The position numbers were made by a program, and so were the translations under genes. Below the pieces are notes generated by a model that was not told the DNA's origin, searched no databases, and saw only the letters and a list, made by a program, of their open reading frames with translations. From a virus, in IMG/VR virus record IMGVR_UViG_3300029982_000010, positions 157,903 through 221,902 of that record: DNA of 64,000 nt. One strand, 5' to 3'. The number at the start of each line of letters is the position of its first letter. The first letter of the stretch is position 1. Below are positions 1-9,830 of this stretch, piece by piece.

Positions 1-107
1 CAATTATTCCTTTAACATTATTTTGATTATTAATATTAGTTAAAGTGCTTTCTATATATTTTTCTTCATTTTTACAAGGAATAATAATTGTCAATAAATC
101 TTTTATA

Positions 108-842
108 TTAATCATAATATTTTAAAGTGAATTTATTTTTATCATATATAATATATGAACAATTTTCAATCCAATCACCAGTATTTAAATATCTTACATT
201 ATTTATAATTTTATCATCAGGAGTGTGAACATGACCGCAAATTACAGTATCACAACCTTTTTTTATTGTATCTGTTATTAAAATTTCTTCAAATTTGTAT
301 ATAAAATTGATAGCTTCTTTTACATTATTTTTTAACCATTTACTGAAAGATTTTTTATCTAAACCAAATAATTTTCTAATATTACTAATATATTTATTTA
401 AATAAAGAGCGATATCATAACCAATACTACCCAAATGAGCAATCCATTTATTATTCATAACTACAGTATCATATTTATCTCCATGAGTAATTAAACAATT
501 ATTCCATATCATTTCAGATATTATATGAATATTACCAAAATCAAATATATAATGTTTTAAAAAATCATCATGATTTCCTGATATGTAATATATTTCTGTT
601 CCATTTTTTGAATATGATAAAATTTTTCTAATTACATTTGTTTGTTCTTGATTCCAGTAATGCTTCTTTTTTAACGCCCATCCATCAATGATATCTCCTA
701 TTAAAAATAATTTTTTTGGCTTATAATATTTTAATATTTCTAATAATTCAGTAGCTTTTGTATATTTTGTACCAAGATGCACATCTGATATAAAAAGTGC
801 TTCTATTTCCATATTTTTTATTATTATATATTTAATATTCAC
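108..842 (-). CDS. calcineurin-like metallophosphoesterase (LpxH/YaeI-like)
   Basis: 244 aa; metallophosphatase motifs DVHLG, GDIIDGW, GNHD, GHVH in canonical order. Confidence 0.7.
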   Translation of the reverse strand: MNIKYIIIKNMEIEALFISDVHLGTKYTKATELLEILKYYKPKKLFLIGDIIDGWALKKKHYWNQEQTNVIRKILSYSKNGTEIYYISGNHDDFLKHYIFDFGNIHIISEMIWNNCLITHGDKYDTVVMNNKWIAHLGSIGYDIALYLNKYISNIRKLFGLDKKSFSKWLKNNVKEAINFIYKFEEILITDTIKKGCDTVICGHVHTPDDKIINNVRYLNTGDWIENCSYIIYDKNKFTLKYYD

Positions 843-914
843 TATATTATTAGATGATTTACTATTAAAATTATATTAAATTTATGTTATATAACTATTA
901 TATACGCAAAAAAA

Positions 915-934
915 GTGAATGATTAATCATTCAC
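915..934. terminator. perfect hairpin GTGAATGATTAATCATTCAC flanked by A6 and T6 (bidirectional intrinsic-terminator-like)
   Basis: read directly from sequence; lies between gene trains. Confidence 0.45.
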
Positions 935-1180
935 TTTTTATAAATTATTACAGGTATTTATTTCTACTATGGCATAGTTCAGTTCTTTCTTGGATCCCTC
1001 TCTAACTTAGACCTTGTAATCTTTTTAGTCCTGCGCCGAACTTACTAACTTTTTTCAATGGCATCTTAGTTCCACTTCGGTTTACAAATATTATTTCATA
1101 ACCTCACCAAACCTGTTTATCTCTTGTTGTTATTTCACTAAATGAATAACATGAAGTTATAATAAAAATACTCTAATAAT

Positions 1181-1384
1181 TTATTTTTTAATATAATACT
1201 CTAATTTAGAATTATTACATTTTACATGATCAGAATATTCATGCATAAAAATCATGCTAGCACAAAAGAATAAGCATCCAATAATATACATCATTAATCT
1301 ATTTGATTTACCAAGAAATGCAAATCCAAAAAAAATAACAGAAATAATTCCTAAAAATACTGATAATATTAACATTGTACTCAT
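1181..1384 (-). CDS. small membrane protein (2 predicted TM helices)
   Basis: 67 aa, hydrophobic stretches ILSVFLGIISVIFFGFAFL and YIIGCLFFCASMIF. Confidence 0.4.
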   Translation of the reverse strand: MSTMLILSVFLGIISVIFFGFAFLGKSNRLMMYIIGCLFFCASMIFMHEYSDHVKCNNSKLEYYIKK

Positions 1385-1474
1385 AATAATATGATTTAAT
1401 TGTTTAAAAATTTCAAATACAAAGATACCACATATATTTGGTATATGTAGTATCTTAAAAGTTAAATAATAATA

Positions 1475-1873
1475 TTAATAACTAATATGTATTAAAATGC
1501 TATTGTGCACAATTGATTTTTTAAGAATATCAATGAAATGAGTTTCATCTTTATCTGTCCAGTGCTTATTTTTTATAACTTCTTTAATATTTAATATATC
1601 ACTTTCTTTAATTTTAACAATGCAATCATTAAGCTCATTATTTTTAAAATATGATTTTTTATCATTTTTTATTTGACCATATTCACTAATTAAATAAGTT
1701 AGTAATTGGTAATTATTTCTAAGATAATAAATTTCTATTACCTTTTTTTCAAAATCTTCAAATATTATTGAATTTTTTGCTTCATCTTCTGTATAATCAT
1801 TATCTTTATATATAACTGGAGTTATCTCATTATATATATCTTTTGTTTTATAAAATGTTAAATCAAGGCCCAT
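1475..1873 (-). CDS. hypothetical protein
   Basis: 132-aa ORF in co-directional train; no recognisable motif. Confidence 0.4.
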   Translation of the reverse strand: MGLDLTFYKTKDIYNEITPVIYKDNDYTEDEAKNSIIFEDFEKKVIEIYYLRNNYQLLTYLISEYGQIKNDKKSYFKNNELNDCIVKIKESDILNIKEVIKNKHWTDKDETHFIDILKKSIVHNSILIHISY

Positions 1874-1884
1874 AATTATTATTT

Positions 1885-2178
1885 TTATATTTTTCTAACC
1901 ATTAATCCAGTTCCATCTGGTGAATCTACGTTATATATAAGTACAAGATTATGAGATGCTAAATATATAATTAAGTCATCATAATCTTTTTTTGGTACAG
2001 AGTAATGTTTTTGTGGATTCGATTTTGTTCCGTCAATAAACCCTTTCTCATATCCAAATTGCCTACCTTTCTCATATGAATCAGTATCAATTTTATATTT
2101 TTTAAGAATTAATTCTATTTTTTGCTTATGTATTTTTTCGAATATATAATCAATAAATTTCTTTATTTGAGATTTCAT
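1885..2178 (-). CDS. hypothetical protein
   Basis: 97-aa ORF; no recognisable motif. Confidence 0.4.
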   Translation of the reverse strand: MKSQIKKFIDYIFEKIHKQKIELILKKYKIDTDSYEKGRQFGYEKGFIDGTKSNPQKHYSVPKKDYDDLIIYLASHNLVLIYNVDSPDGTGLMVRKI

Positions 2179-2386
2179 TTAATTCATTTAATTTAAGTTT
2201 TCTATATTCAGATAATTTTATAAAAATATGATAATTACTGGTGTATGCAACATTTTCAAATTCTTCAAATTCAAAAAAATGATCATCATTTGTTGTTAGT
2301 TTAACATGTAAAGGTTTGAAAAGTTCAATTTTACTTGAACCTTCTTTATTATGAGTACAAATTAATATATCACCAGGTTTTATCAT
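2150..2386 (-). CDS. Fam-A small protein (divergent member)
   Basis: N-term MIKPGDILIC, C-term SEYRKLKLNEL KL-tail. Confidence 0.45.
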   Translation of the reverse strand: MIKPGDILICTHNKEGSSKIELFKPLHVKLTTNDDHFFEFEEFENVAYTSNYHIFIKLSEYRKLKLNELNEISNKEIY

Positions 2387-2396
2387 TTAATTTATT

Positions 2397-2795
2397 TAAT
2401 TTAAGTTTTCTATAATCAGATAATTTTATGAAAGTGTGATATTCAGATATATAAGTTTTACCTGGATATTCATAAAATTCAAATGTATCTCCATATTTTA
2501 AATGTTTAACATGCAATGGAGTAAAAAGTTTTAAGTTAGTGTTAGTGAACCCAAAACTTGAATTATGCTGAGTACAAATTAATATATCGCCAGATTTAAT
2601 TATTTAATTTATTTAATTTAAGTTTTCTATATTCAGATGGTGTAATAAATATATGACGGTTTTTATAATATAACCTATTTTTATATTCTTTAAATTCAAT
2701 TCTAAATTGATCATTAGATACTACATGCAAAGGCTTAAATAATGGCAAATTACGAGTGAACGCATCAATTGAATTAATATTTTCAATGCAAATTA
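2397..2795 (-). pseudogene. two decayed Fam-A copies
   Basis: rev-comp reads IKSGDILICT... and ...DYRKLKLNKLN but no ATG and frame breaks; absent from ORF track. Confidence 0.35.
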
Positions 2796-3218
2796 TTATT
2801 CAAATGGTTCTATAATTTTTTTAATATATTTAACTGGTATATCTACTTCACAGCATAAATGATTTCTATTTGATGATTGATCTTGATTTGAGAAATTATC
2901 ATCATAAAAAATAATACCATCTTTAATCAATTTTTGTACATCAAGTGCTACAATATACGATTTATCATAATATCTAAATAAATCTTGAGTATTATGTAGT
3001 ATAGGATAAGAAAAGAACAACATCCCTGTCTCAACAAGTGATTTATACTGAGGCTGGTTAATTTTCAGTCCATCATTTTTAATATTTTCTATTCTATCTT
3101 CAGTTGTTACATGATACAAAACATCATATTTACTAATATCATGTTGAATAAATTCTTTTTCAAAAGACTCCTCATTAAAAGGTGATATAAATTGTTTTTT
3201 CATATTATTTATTTTCAA
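2796..3218 (-). CDS. hypothetical protein
   Basis: 140-aa ORF, no motif. Confidence 0.4.
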   Translation of the reverse strand: MKINNMKKQFISPFNEESFEKEFIQHDISKYDVLYHVTTEDRIENIKNDGLKINQPQYKSLVETGMLFFSYPILHNTQDLFRYYDKSYIVALDVQKLIKDGIIFYDDNFSNQDQSSNRNHLCCEVDIPVKYIKKIIEPFE

Positions 3219-3402
3219 TTAATTCTACTGTATGTATTCCAATATTTTCAACAGAATAATAAAAAAATGTCCAGTTTTTCATTGCGTATCCTATGTTAAA
3301 TGGTTCTATATCACCAAAATCCTTTATACATGATGGAATGAAAAGTTTTTTTAATTTATCTTTAAAATCTTCTCTATTTGTAACAATTTCAGTAGCATTC
3401 AT
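3205..3402 (-). CDS. hypothetical protein
   Basis: 65-aa ORF overlapping neighbours by few nt. Confidence 0.35.
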   Translation of the reverse strand: MNATEIVTNREDFKDKLKKLFIPSCIKDFGDIEPFNIGYAMKNWTFFYYSVENIGIHTVELIENK

Positions 3403-3403
3403 A

Positions 3404-3868
3404 TTATTTCATCATTGTTCTAGCATTGGTTAATTGTTTGATTATATTATCCATAAGATTTATATCGTTAATAGAAATTTTATTAATTTTTTCACGTGCG
3501 TCAATCATTATATTATTAAAATTTTCAGATTGATCACTGAAAACATGAGTAGGTAACCATTTGCTTAGTATATCTTCTAATATATCAGAACTTTCATCAT
3601 CTTCAAAAGGTTCTTCTAATCCTATTATAATATTACCTTCTTCATCAATAGCAATAATATTATCAGATATAGGTTGTAATGTACCGTTACTACCCCAATT
3701 ATTATAACGGGACATAAATCTCAATTCATATCTGTCATTGAAAATTCTTTGACTTTCAAATGTAAGTGGAAATCCTAGTGAGCAATCATCAAGATCATCA
3801 TTATCTTCATATGATTTGTTAATGAAATCTATAATTTCATTTCCGTTAATTTTTTTTAAATTAATCAT
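3404..3868 (-). CDS. hypothetical acidic protein
   Basis: 154-aa ORF, D/E-rich. Confidence 0.4.
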   Translation of the reverse strand: MINLKKINGNEIIDFINKSYEDNDDLDDCSLGFPLTFESQRIFNDRYELRFMSRYNNWGSNGTLQPISDNIIAIDEEGNIIIGLEEPFEDDESSDILEDILSKWLPTHVFSDQSENFNNIMIDAREKINKISINDINLMDNIIKQLTNARTMMK

Positions 3869-4199
3869 TATCTTCGATATAATAATCTAAATCTAATCCG
3901 ATATTATCGCAATAGTCACTAAATTTTTCTAAATATTCATCTGATAATATATCACAGCATCCATAATATCCTACTACATCTCCTTTATATTCAAATGATA
4001 CTACATACAAATTTTTACATTGTATATTATTTTCTTTTGAGAATTTATCAAAAAAATTAAGAACAATATTTACTGACTCTATACTATTTTTGATATGCTT
4101 TTTATAAAATATATCAAGAACATCAATTATCATAAATAATTTTTTTGCTTCGAATTCTTCTGTCGTAATAACTGGGTATTCTTTAATTTTTTCTTTCAT
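3861..4199 (-). CDS. hypothetical protein
   Basis: 112-aa ORF, 8-nt overlap with downstream gene. Confidence 0.4.
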   Translation of the reverse strand: MKEKIKEYPVITTEEFEAKKLFMIIDVLDIFYKKHIKNSIESVNIVLNFFDKFSKENNIQCKNLYVVSFEYKGDVVGYYGCCDILSDEYLEKFSDYCDNIGLDLDYYIEDND

Positions 4200-4233
4200 T
4201 TTAATTTTTATTTATTGTTTATTATAATTTTCT

Positions 4234-4467
4234 TTATTTATTTTTTAATGAATCCTTAGCAATTATATTTATTGCAACAGTTATTGATGTTGCTAGCCAC
4301 TCTAATCCAAATTCAGTTTCATTTTTAATTTCATTAGCCAACTCTCGTCTGGAGTATACTTTCATTCCAACATGAAGATATTCTACATCTAAATTTCTTG
4401 GAGATGTCATTAAATCATTAATCAATTCATTCTTTAATTTTAAAGATAATTCGTTTATATTTTCCAT
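4234..4467 (-). CDS. hypothetical protein
   Basis: 77-aa ORF. Confidence 0.35.
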   Translation of the reverse strand: MENINELSLKLKNELINDLMTSPRNLDVEYLHVGMKVYSRRELANEIKNETEFGLEWLATSITVAINIIAKDSLKNK

Positions 4468-4826
4468 ATATTTATATCAATTTTATTGTAAAAATTTTCA
4501 ATATATTTAAATTCTATAGTATCTAGAATATAATATCCAAAACATCTATTATCATTACTATTTAAAGATGAATCTAAATATTCTATTTTTTTTATTCTTA
4601 AATAAAATTTAATAACTTTAATACTTATGCCGTTAAGTTTTTCTTTTATTTTGAACAATTTAACTTTAAGATCAACAAGCTTATTTGAAATTTCATCACA
4701 ATCATCATTAGCTATGTTCCAATATAATTCTCCTCCCATCATATCTCGAATTTCAACCGCTTTATTCAAATTTTTTTGACCTTCTTCTAATGTATTAAAA
4801 TTTAACAGTTCACTGAAATTATGCAT
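4455..4826 (-). CDS. hypothetical protein
   Basis: 123-aa ORF. Confidence 0.4.
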   Translation of the reverse strand: MHNFSELLNFNTLEEGQKNLNKAVEIRDMMGGELYWNIANDDCDEISNKLVDLKVKLFKIKEKLNGISIKVIKFYLRIKKIEYLDSSLNSNDNRCFGYYILDTIEFKYIENFYNKIDINIWKI

Positions 4827-4832
4827 ATTTTA

Positions 4833-5144
4833 TTAATTAGATAAACATTTAAATTCTAATTTTAATCCATTTAATTTTTCAAAAATGAATTTATCTTTAT
4901 TCCATAAACGTAAAAACTTTTTCCATTTTTTAGATAAATTATTATATTGTGTTTTTGTTAAATGTTTATGAAAAAGTTCAAAATCCATTATATTTAACCA
5001 ATATTTATTTATAATAATATTCATCTCTATTGATTTTTCAGTAATAAAAATTTTATAAAGTTCTTCAACATTATCTACATTTACATCCCATACATTTTCA
5101 ATATGGGTATAATCATCGGAATAAGTAGTTGTTACATAAATCAT
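4833..5144 (-). CDS. hypothetical protein
   Basis: 103-aa ORF. Confidence 0.4.
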   Translation of the reverse strand: MIYVTTTYSDDYTHIENVWDVNVDNVEELYKIFITEKSIEMNIIINKYWLNIMDFELFHKHLTKTQYNNLSKKWKKFLRLWNKDKFIFEKLNGLKLEFKCLSN

Positions 5145-5761
5145 ATTTTGTATAGATTATGTTGATGAATATATTTATTTACTGTTTCTGGTACAAAGAT
5201 ACTAATATCTTCTGAATTTGCAACACTATTTCTTATTTTTGTTGAAGATAATGATGATATTTTAAAATCTTTCAAAAAAACAGTATCTTTATTTATAATT
5301 ACATTACTATTGAGTAATTCAGTTTTCTTATAAATAAAACATTTTTCATTTGTTTCTATATCAAAATCTCTTGGTAAAACTAAAAAAGGGTATTTTTCAC
5401 ATATAACCTTATAACTTTTCCATTTATCTATATCTAAAAAAATATCTAACCCCATTATCATATAATATTTAGTATCAGGATTTAATTTACTTAACTCATT
5501 TAATGCATTAATGGTAAATGATGGTAAAGGTAAATAACGTTCGATATGATTTACTGTGATATTAGCATAATTTTCTACAGATAACTCACACATATTAAAT
5601 CTATCATTATAATCAGCTAAATCATGCTTAAATGGATTTTGTGGCGAAACTACTAATTGCACTTCATCAATATAATCTAACTTAGATACACATTCAGCTA
5701 CCTTAATATGTGTATTATGACAAGGATTATAGCTACCAAAAAAAAGTGCGATATTTTTCAT
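5141..5761 (-). CDS. nicotinate/nicotinamide mononucleotide adenylyltransferase (NadD/NMNAT-like)
   Basis: 206 aa; N-term FFGSYNPCHNTH (GxFxPxHxxH) and C-term SSTKIRN (ISSTxIR) nucleotidyltransferase signatures. Confidence 0.7.
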   Translation of the reverse strand: MKNIALFFGSYNPCHNTHIKVAECVSKLDYIDEVQLVVSPQNPFKHDLADYNDRFNMCELSVENYANITVNHIERYLPLPSFTINALNELSKLNPDTKYYMIMGLDIFLDIDKWKSYKVICEKYPFLVLPRDFDIETNEKCFIYKKTELLNSNVIINKDTVFLKDFKISSLSSTKIRNSVANSEDISIFVPETVNKYIHQHNLYKI

Positions 5762-5976
5762 TTTAATATGTTATTATATTTTAAATATTCATCAAAGGCT
5801 CCAATCCAAGCTAGTACATCTTCTTCATATGATGTGTCTGGATCATAATAATCTAATTTAACTTTTGATGACATATCATCAGAAAAAATCAAATCATATT
5901 TAACATTCCAACTTAAATTGGAATTTATAATTTCATGAGCTTCTGAGTTTAAATCTATTAATTCTCCTATTTTCAT
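5758..5976 (-). CDS. hypothetical protein
   Basis: 72-aa ORF, ATGA-type overlap with NadD-like gene. Confidence 0.35.
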   Translation of the reverse strand: MKIGELIDLNSEAHEIINSNLSWNVKYDLIFSDDMSSKVKLDYYDPDTSYEEDVLAWIGAFDEYLKYNNILK

Positions 5977-5977
5977 A

Positions 5978-6190
5978 TTATTTATATCTATGATTTGATA
6001 ATAAAGTTATAAATAAAATTATAAATGAAATAATTCCTAATACAAAACAAAATGATGAAATCGCTAAATGTAAAAAACTAAAAGGTGATTTACTGCACGT
6101 TGCTAATAAAAAGAAAAACAACCATGTAGTCAATATACTATATTTGACTTCCCAAATAATTGCAAAATATGACATTAAAAATTTTTTCAT
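5978..6190 (-). CDS. small membrane protein
   Basis: 70 aa, two hydrophobic helices. Confidence 0.35.
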   Translation of the reverse strand: MKKFLMSYFAIIWEVKYSILTTWLFFFLLATCSKSPFSFLHLAISSFCFVLGIISFIILFITLLSNHRYK

Positions 6191-6193
6191 AAT

Positions 6194-6622
6194 TTAATTT
6201 ATTTCTTCAATAGTTATTTTAACTTTTTTGCCTATAAATTGATCAAAATTTTTATGCTCTAAATTTTCATCCCAAGAACAAAGTTTGATATACATACCAT
6301 TATCTTCACCTTCAGTTAAATCAATATGAAAGCATTTAAATTGGTTTCCATCTTCTATTTCAAGATCTTTAATGTTTAAGTTATCTTCAAATGATAAAAA
6401 TGCTTTTTTTATTTTTATTTCATCTATAACTTCTAAATTACTTTCGAATACTGCGATATTTGAATAATGATAAATTTCACTAATTACTTTTTCATCTGGT
6501 TCAACTATATATAATCTACCAGTTAAAGGCATATCATTTGTTACCACTCCAACAATTTTACCTGTTCCAATAAGTAATTGCTCATGATATTTTACTCTTG
6601 TGCCTTGTTTTAATTCTTCCAT
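6194..6622 (-). CDS. hypothetical protein
   Basis: 142-aa ORF. Confidence 0.4.
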   Translation of the reverse strand: MEELKQGTRVKYHEQLLIGTGKIVGVVTNDMPLTGRLYIVEPDEKVISEIYHYSNIAVFESNLEVIDEIKIKKAFLSFEDNLNIKDLEIEDGNQFKCFHIDLTEGEDNGMYIKLCSWDENLEHKNFDQFIGKKVKITIEEIN

Positions 6623-7023
6623 TTTTTATTTAATTTATAAATTATTTCAATTTGATTAAAGTCATCTAAAATATAAAAATATGTATCATTATTATACATA
6701 TAAATAGATAGCGTATAAACATCATTCGTATAAAAACAATCAAAATTTATATTATTACTATATCTTTCAAGTTTTTCATTCATATAAATGTATACTTTAG
6801 GCATATTTAATGCTAAAGTTATTCTTTTATTATCTTTATCTATATACAATTGACCATTGACTTTTTGCCAAGATTGCCATTCATATAGAGTATAACAATT
6901 TTCATATTTTACATTATTTACTCTTATTTTTACGCTATCAATAGAATATTTATCAATAGAATATGAATTTGAAAATATTCCAAATCCAAGTATAAGAAGA
7001 ATTATAATTTTTTTCATATTCAT
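6610..7023 (-). CDS. secreted protein (N-terminal signal peptide)
   Basis: MNMKKIIILLILGFGIFSNSYS hydrophobic leader. Confidence 0.4.
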   Translation of the reverse strand: MNMKKIIILLILGFGIFSNSYSIDKYSIDSVKIRVNNVKYENCYTLYEWQSWQKVNGQLYIDKDNKRITLALNMPKVYIYMNEKLERYSNNINFDCFYTNDVYTLSIYMYNNDTYFYILDDFNQIEIIYKLNKKWKN

Positions 7024-7204
7024 ATTCTATAATTTTATTTTACATCATTAATTAATCCATCTGTTTCATTATAAGATTCATTAATATCAACATCAGGCGT
7101 TAACACTGTTGATTCATCTACATCGTTTTCAGGAATTTCATGTTCTACATATGAATTAATTCCTACTTCATTTACTCCTATACAATAAGTTGCTTTTTCC
7201 ATTT

Positions 7205-7603
7205 TTATTTTAAATTTAATATTTTTAATTTTTTTAATCTAATTTCTTTATTATATTTTTTCATATAATTTTCAATATTATTAAATTCTTTTTTAGTAAG
7301 ATAAATATCAATTTTATTTTTATTACTATTAATATTTGTAACATGATAACTAAGCTCATTATTTTTAAATGATCCACCTCCATCACAAACTAATCCTAAT
7401 GGCTTTAAAATTTTATCATCTATACTTCCACTATCAACTCCCCACACCATATTTATCATATTTAATTTATCATATTTAAAAAATCCAGGACATATAATTA
7501 TATCATCATCAGGATTATCATTCTTATATCCACAATTTGTACATTTAGTACCATCGTAGAATCTATATGAACCACATTTTGGACATTTTGAATCTGATTC
7601 CAT
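7205..7603 (-). CDS. zinc-ribbon protein with KL-tail-like C-terminus
   Basis: CPKCG...CTNCG N-terminal Cys pairs; C-term EIRLKKLKIL. Confidence 0.4.
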   Translation of the reverse strand: MESDSKCPKCGSYRFYDGTKCTNCGYKNDNPDDDIIICPGFFKYDKLNMINMVWGVDSGSIDDKILKPLGLVCDGGGSFKNNELSYHVTNINSNKNKIDIYLTKKEFNNIENYMKKYNKEIRLKKLKILNLK

Positions 7604-7682
7604 AATTTAATTTTATATTATATAATATTAATTACTATTAGAAATTTATAATCATATATTTCTATTTCATTCATATTAAATT

Positions 7683-8003
7683 TTAATTTGTTCTTTTCTT
7701 TTTAATGCTATTAATTTTCATCTTAACGTCTAATGCAGTTGATAAAGAAGCTAAAAAAAGAATTGCAGTAGGAATAAATATTACTGGTAATAATATTGTA
7801 TGATAACATAATGCAGCAATTATAATACTATAAATAATATCAAATATAATAATTCTTTTCCAATCGTTATGATTTTTCCATAATTGAAAAAATGTAAGAT
7901 CAGAATAATCTTGATAAAAAATTTCTTCTTTCAATTCTTTTTCTTTTTCTTCAATTATATTCAATTGCTCTTGCAATTCTTCCTTTGATAATTTAGTTTC
8001 CAT
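7683..8003 (-). CDS. membrane protein
   Basis: 106 aa, two TM segments. Confidence 0.4.
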   Translation of the reverse strand: METKLSKEELQEQLNIIEEKEKELKEEIFYQDYSDLTFFQLWKNHNDWKRIIIFDIIYSIIIAALCYHTILLPVIFIPTAILFLASLSTALDVKMKINSIKKKRTN

Positions 8004-8040
8004 ATTTATTTATGTTTAATTTTTTATTTGGTTTATATTT

Positions 8041-8256
8041 TTATTTAGTTATTGTTTCACTTTTTTTGTTTTTATTTTTAATAGTATTTTTCAAAAGATA
8101 AATCCAATATATTATAGCAATTGTATCAAATATAAAATACTTAATATTAATTTCAGCGCCTATTAAATAATATGATACAAGATCAATTAAATAAAATGAC
8201 ATTAATAATATCACGAAAAAACATAAGAATATTTTTAATTTTTTACCTTTTTTCAT
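8041..8256 (-). CDS. small membrane protein
   Basis: 71 aa, TM helices. Confidence 0.35.
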   Translation of the reverse strand: MKKGKKLKIFLCFFVILLMSFYLIDLVSYYLIGAEINIKYFIFDTIAIIYWIYLLKNTIKNKNKKSETITK

Positions 8257-8660
8257 TTTATATATTTTTGTAATAAATTATTGCAGTTAACTTTCCAATC
8301 TATCATTTTATCATTTAATATACATATAACATTTGTTTCCGCATTAATAAAACTCATAGCAATATCATCATCATCAAGATGCCAAATAAAATCTGAATTA
8401 TCTAAAAAAAATTTATGTTTATCTGTCATATTAAGGAAATGAATATTATTTTTATTAATTCCTAATTTTTCAACTACTTCAAACAAATAATCATTTGTGT
8501 ATGCGCATTTAGTTGTATTTTCAAATCTATCAGTTACAATATGAACTTCTATTCCTTTTTCGATCAATAATTTTGCATAATCCTGAATATTAGTTTTTGA
8601 TAATGTACTATCAAAATCGAATGAAACTTTTTTATTTTTATGTTTGTTCATCAGTATCAT
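8253..8660 (-). CDS. HAD-superfamily hydrolase-like protein
   Basis: N-terminal SFDFDSTL (DxDxT motif I). Confidence 0.45.
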   Translation of the reverse strand: MILMNKHKNKKVSFDFDSTLSKTNIQDYAKLLIEKGIEVHIVTDRFENTTKCAYTNDYLFEVVEKLGINKNNIHFLNMTDKHKFFLDNSDFIWHLDDDDIAMSFINAETNVICILNDKMIDWKVNCNNLLQKYIK

Positions 8661-8835
8661 TATTTGATTTGACTAATGCAATTATAAGATATGGTAATAA
8701 ACTATAACTAAAAAATATCAAAAATAATACTCTTATTAATAATTTATCAATATCAAAATAATTTGACAATCCAGCACACACTCCACAAAAAATACCATGC
8801 TCCCTATCTAAATTAAATTTTTTCATATTATACAT
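8638..8835 (-). CDS. PspC-domain membrane protein
   Basis: GVCAGLSNYFDID...RVLFL pattern typical of PspC domain followed by TM helix. Confidence 0.5.
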   Translation of the reverse strand: MYNMKKFNLDREHGIFCGVCAGLSNYFDIDKLLIRVLFLIFFSYSLLPYLIIALVKSNNDTDEQT

Positions 8836-9080
8836 TTATTTATTTTATTTAACTTATTTTTTCTATTTTCAGATTGAGTTATAAAATCTTTTTCTGTATA
8901 TGAATATTGTGGATGCTCATCAAGACATATAAAATTTGCAGAAAATCCTACCATATGATAATCTTTTACTGTATATGTTTTACCTACATATAATCTTGGA
9001 CTCCCCATAAAGGCTCCTCTTGTGTTACATATACAAACTACTTTATCCCCTTGTTTCATAATATAAATTAATAAATCCAT
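8823..9080 (-). CDS. Fam-A small protein
   Basis: MKQGDKVVCI N-term, C-term ENRKNKLNKINK KL-tail. Confidence 0.45.
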   Translation of the reverse strand: MDLLIYIMKQGDKVVCICNTRGAFMGSPRLYVGKTYTVKDYHMVGFSANFICLDEHPQYSYTEKDFITQSENRKNKLNKINKCII

Positions 9081-9247
9081 AATATAGCTTACAAAGATAC
9101 AACTATATTATGGATTAACCAAATAAAAAATTCAATATTTTATTATTATTTCAAAAATTCAAAAAAAGTTTTTTCATCATCACAAACTTTTCAGTTAAAT
9201 AAAAAATTATTTTTTTGAGTATGTGATTTCATATTTTTAAATTTTTG

Positions 9248-9340
9248 AAAGAAAGGTTGGATTCGAACCAACATAAATGAATATTTTTTATATAAACGCT
9301 TTTTTGGCTTTACTAGTCTGACCTTTTGACTTACTTTCTT
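9248..9340 (-). tRNA. tRNA-like gene (~93 nt; atypical anticodon arm, possible intron/class II or pseudo-tRNA)
   Basis: acceptor AAGAAAG/CTTTCTT, D-arm AGTC-AAAAGGTCA-GACT, T-arm GTTGG-TTCGAAT-CCAAC; anticodon loop lacks U33, so isotype unassigned. Confidence 0.4.
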
Positions 9341-9356
9341 TAATTAATATTATTTA

Positions 9357-9417
9357 GTGAAAATGTGGGAGTTGAACCCACATACTAATGCTTTTTTGGC
9401 TTAGATCCGTCTTTTCA
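9357..9417 (-). tRNA. tRNA 3'-half-like element (T-arm + acceptor; attP-like relic or pseudo-tRNA)
   Basis: T-arm GTGGG-TTCAACT-CCCAC; shares AAGCCAAAAAAGC with neighbour; no D-arm. Confidence 0.3.
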
Positions 9418-9425
9418 TTTTTAAA

Positions 9426-9512
9426 TGTAGTTAGGATAGGACTCGAACCTATATAAGAAATAATCTTTGAGCTACCTCACTAATGGGACTTTTACCCAAA
9501 CGTCTAACCTTT
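9426..9512 (-). tRNA. tRNA-like element with canonical T-arm; boundaries uncertain
   Basis: T-arm ATAGG-TTCGAGT-CCTAT; acceptor pairing could not be resolved by eye. Confidence 0.3.
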
Positions 9513-9785
9513 CCGCCACCTAGCTATCTCCACCTGAGAATACAATGAATAGATGTAACCAATGTTTTTTTACTTTGAAAAAAACAACTTAATCGTCTTA
9601 CTGAATTAAAAAAAGTCACCTAAAATGGGGGAATTGGTTATTCCTTATCCATTTAGCACTATTAAACTATAGCACAATCAGTATCATTTTTTACGTAAAT
9701 AATAAATCGTTAAGCTTCTCTAACTTAATTAATTGATAGTTAAATTAATAACTCACAATCATAAACTATATATAAAATTTTTAAA

Positions 9786-9807
9786 TTTGCAATTTGCAAA
9801 TTGCAAA
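9786..9807. terminator. perfect 22-nt palindrome TTTGCAATTTG/CAAATTGCAAA (hairpin) at 3' end of gene train
   Basis: self-complementary over full length; directly downstream of stop of 9831..10049. Confidence 0.45.
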
Positions 9808-9830
9808 TATTATTTATAATTTATTCATCC

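Noticed and set aside
9426-9560. A fourth or fifth tRNA in the 9500-9700 stretch (GC-richer, tRNA-like words such as CCGCCACCTAGCTATCTCCACC)
   Set aside because: No convincing T-arm or acceptor pairing could be drawn by hand; left as unexplained non-coding sequence.
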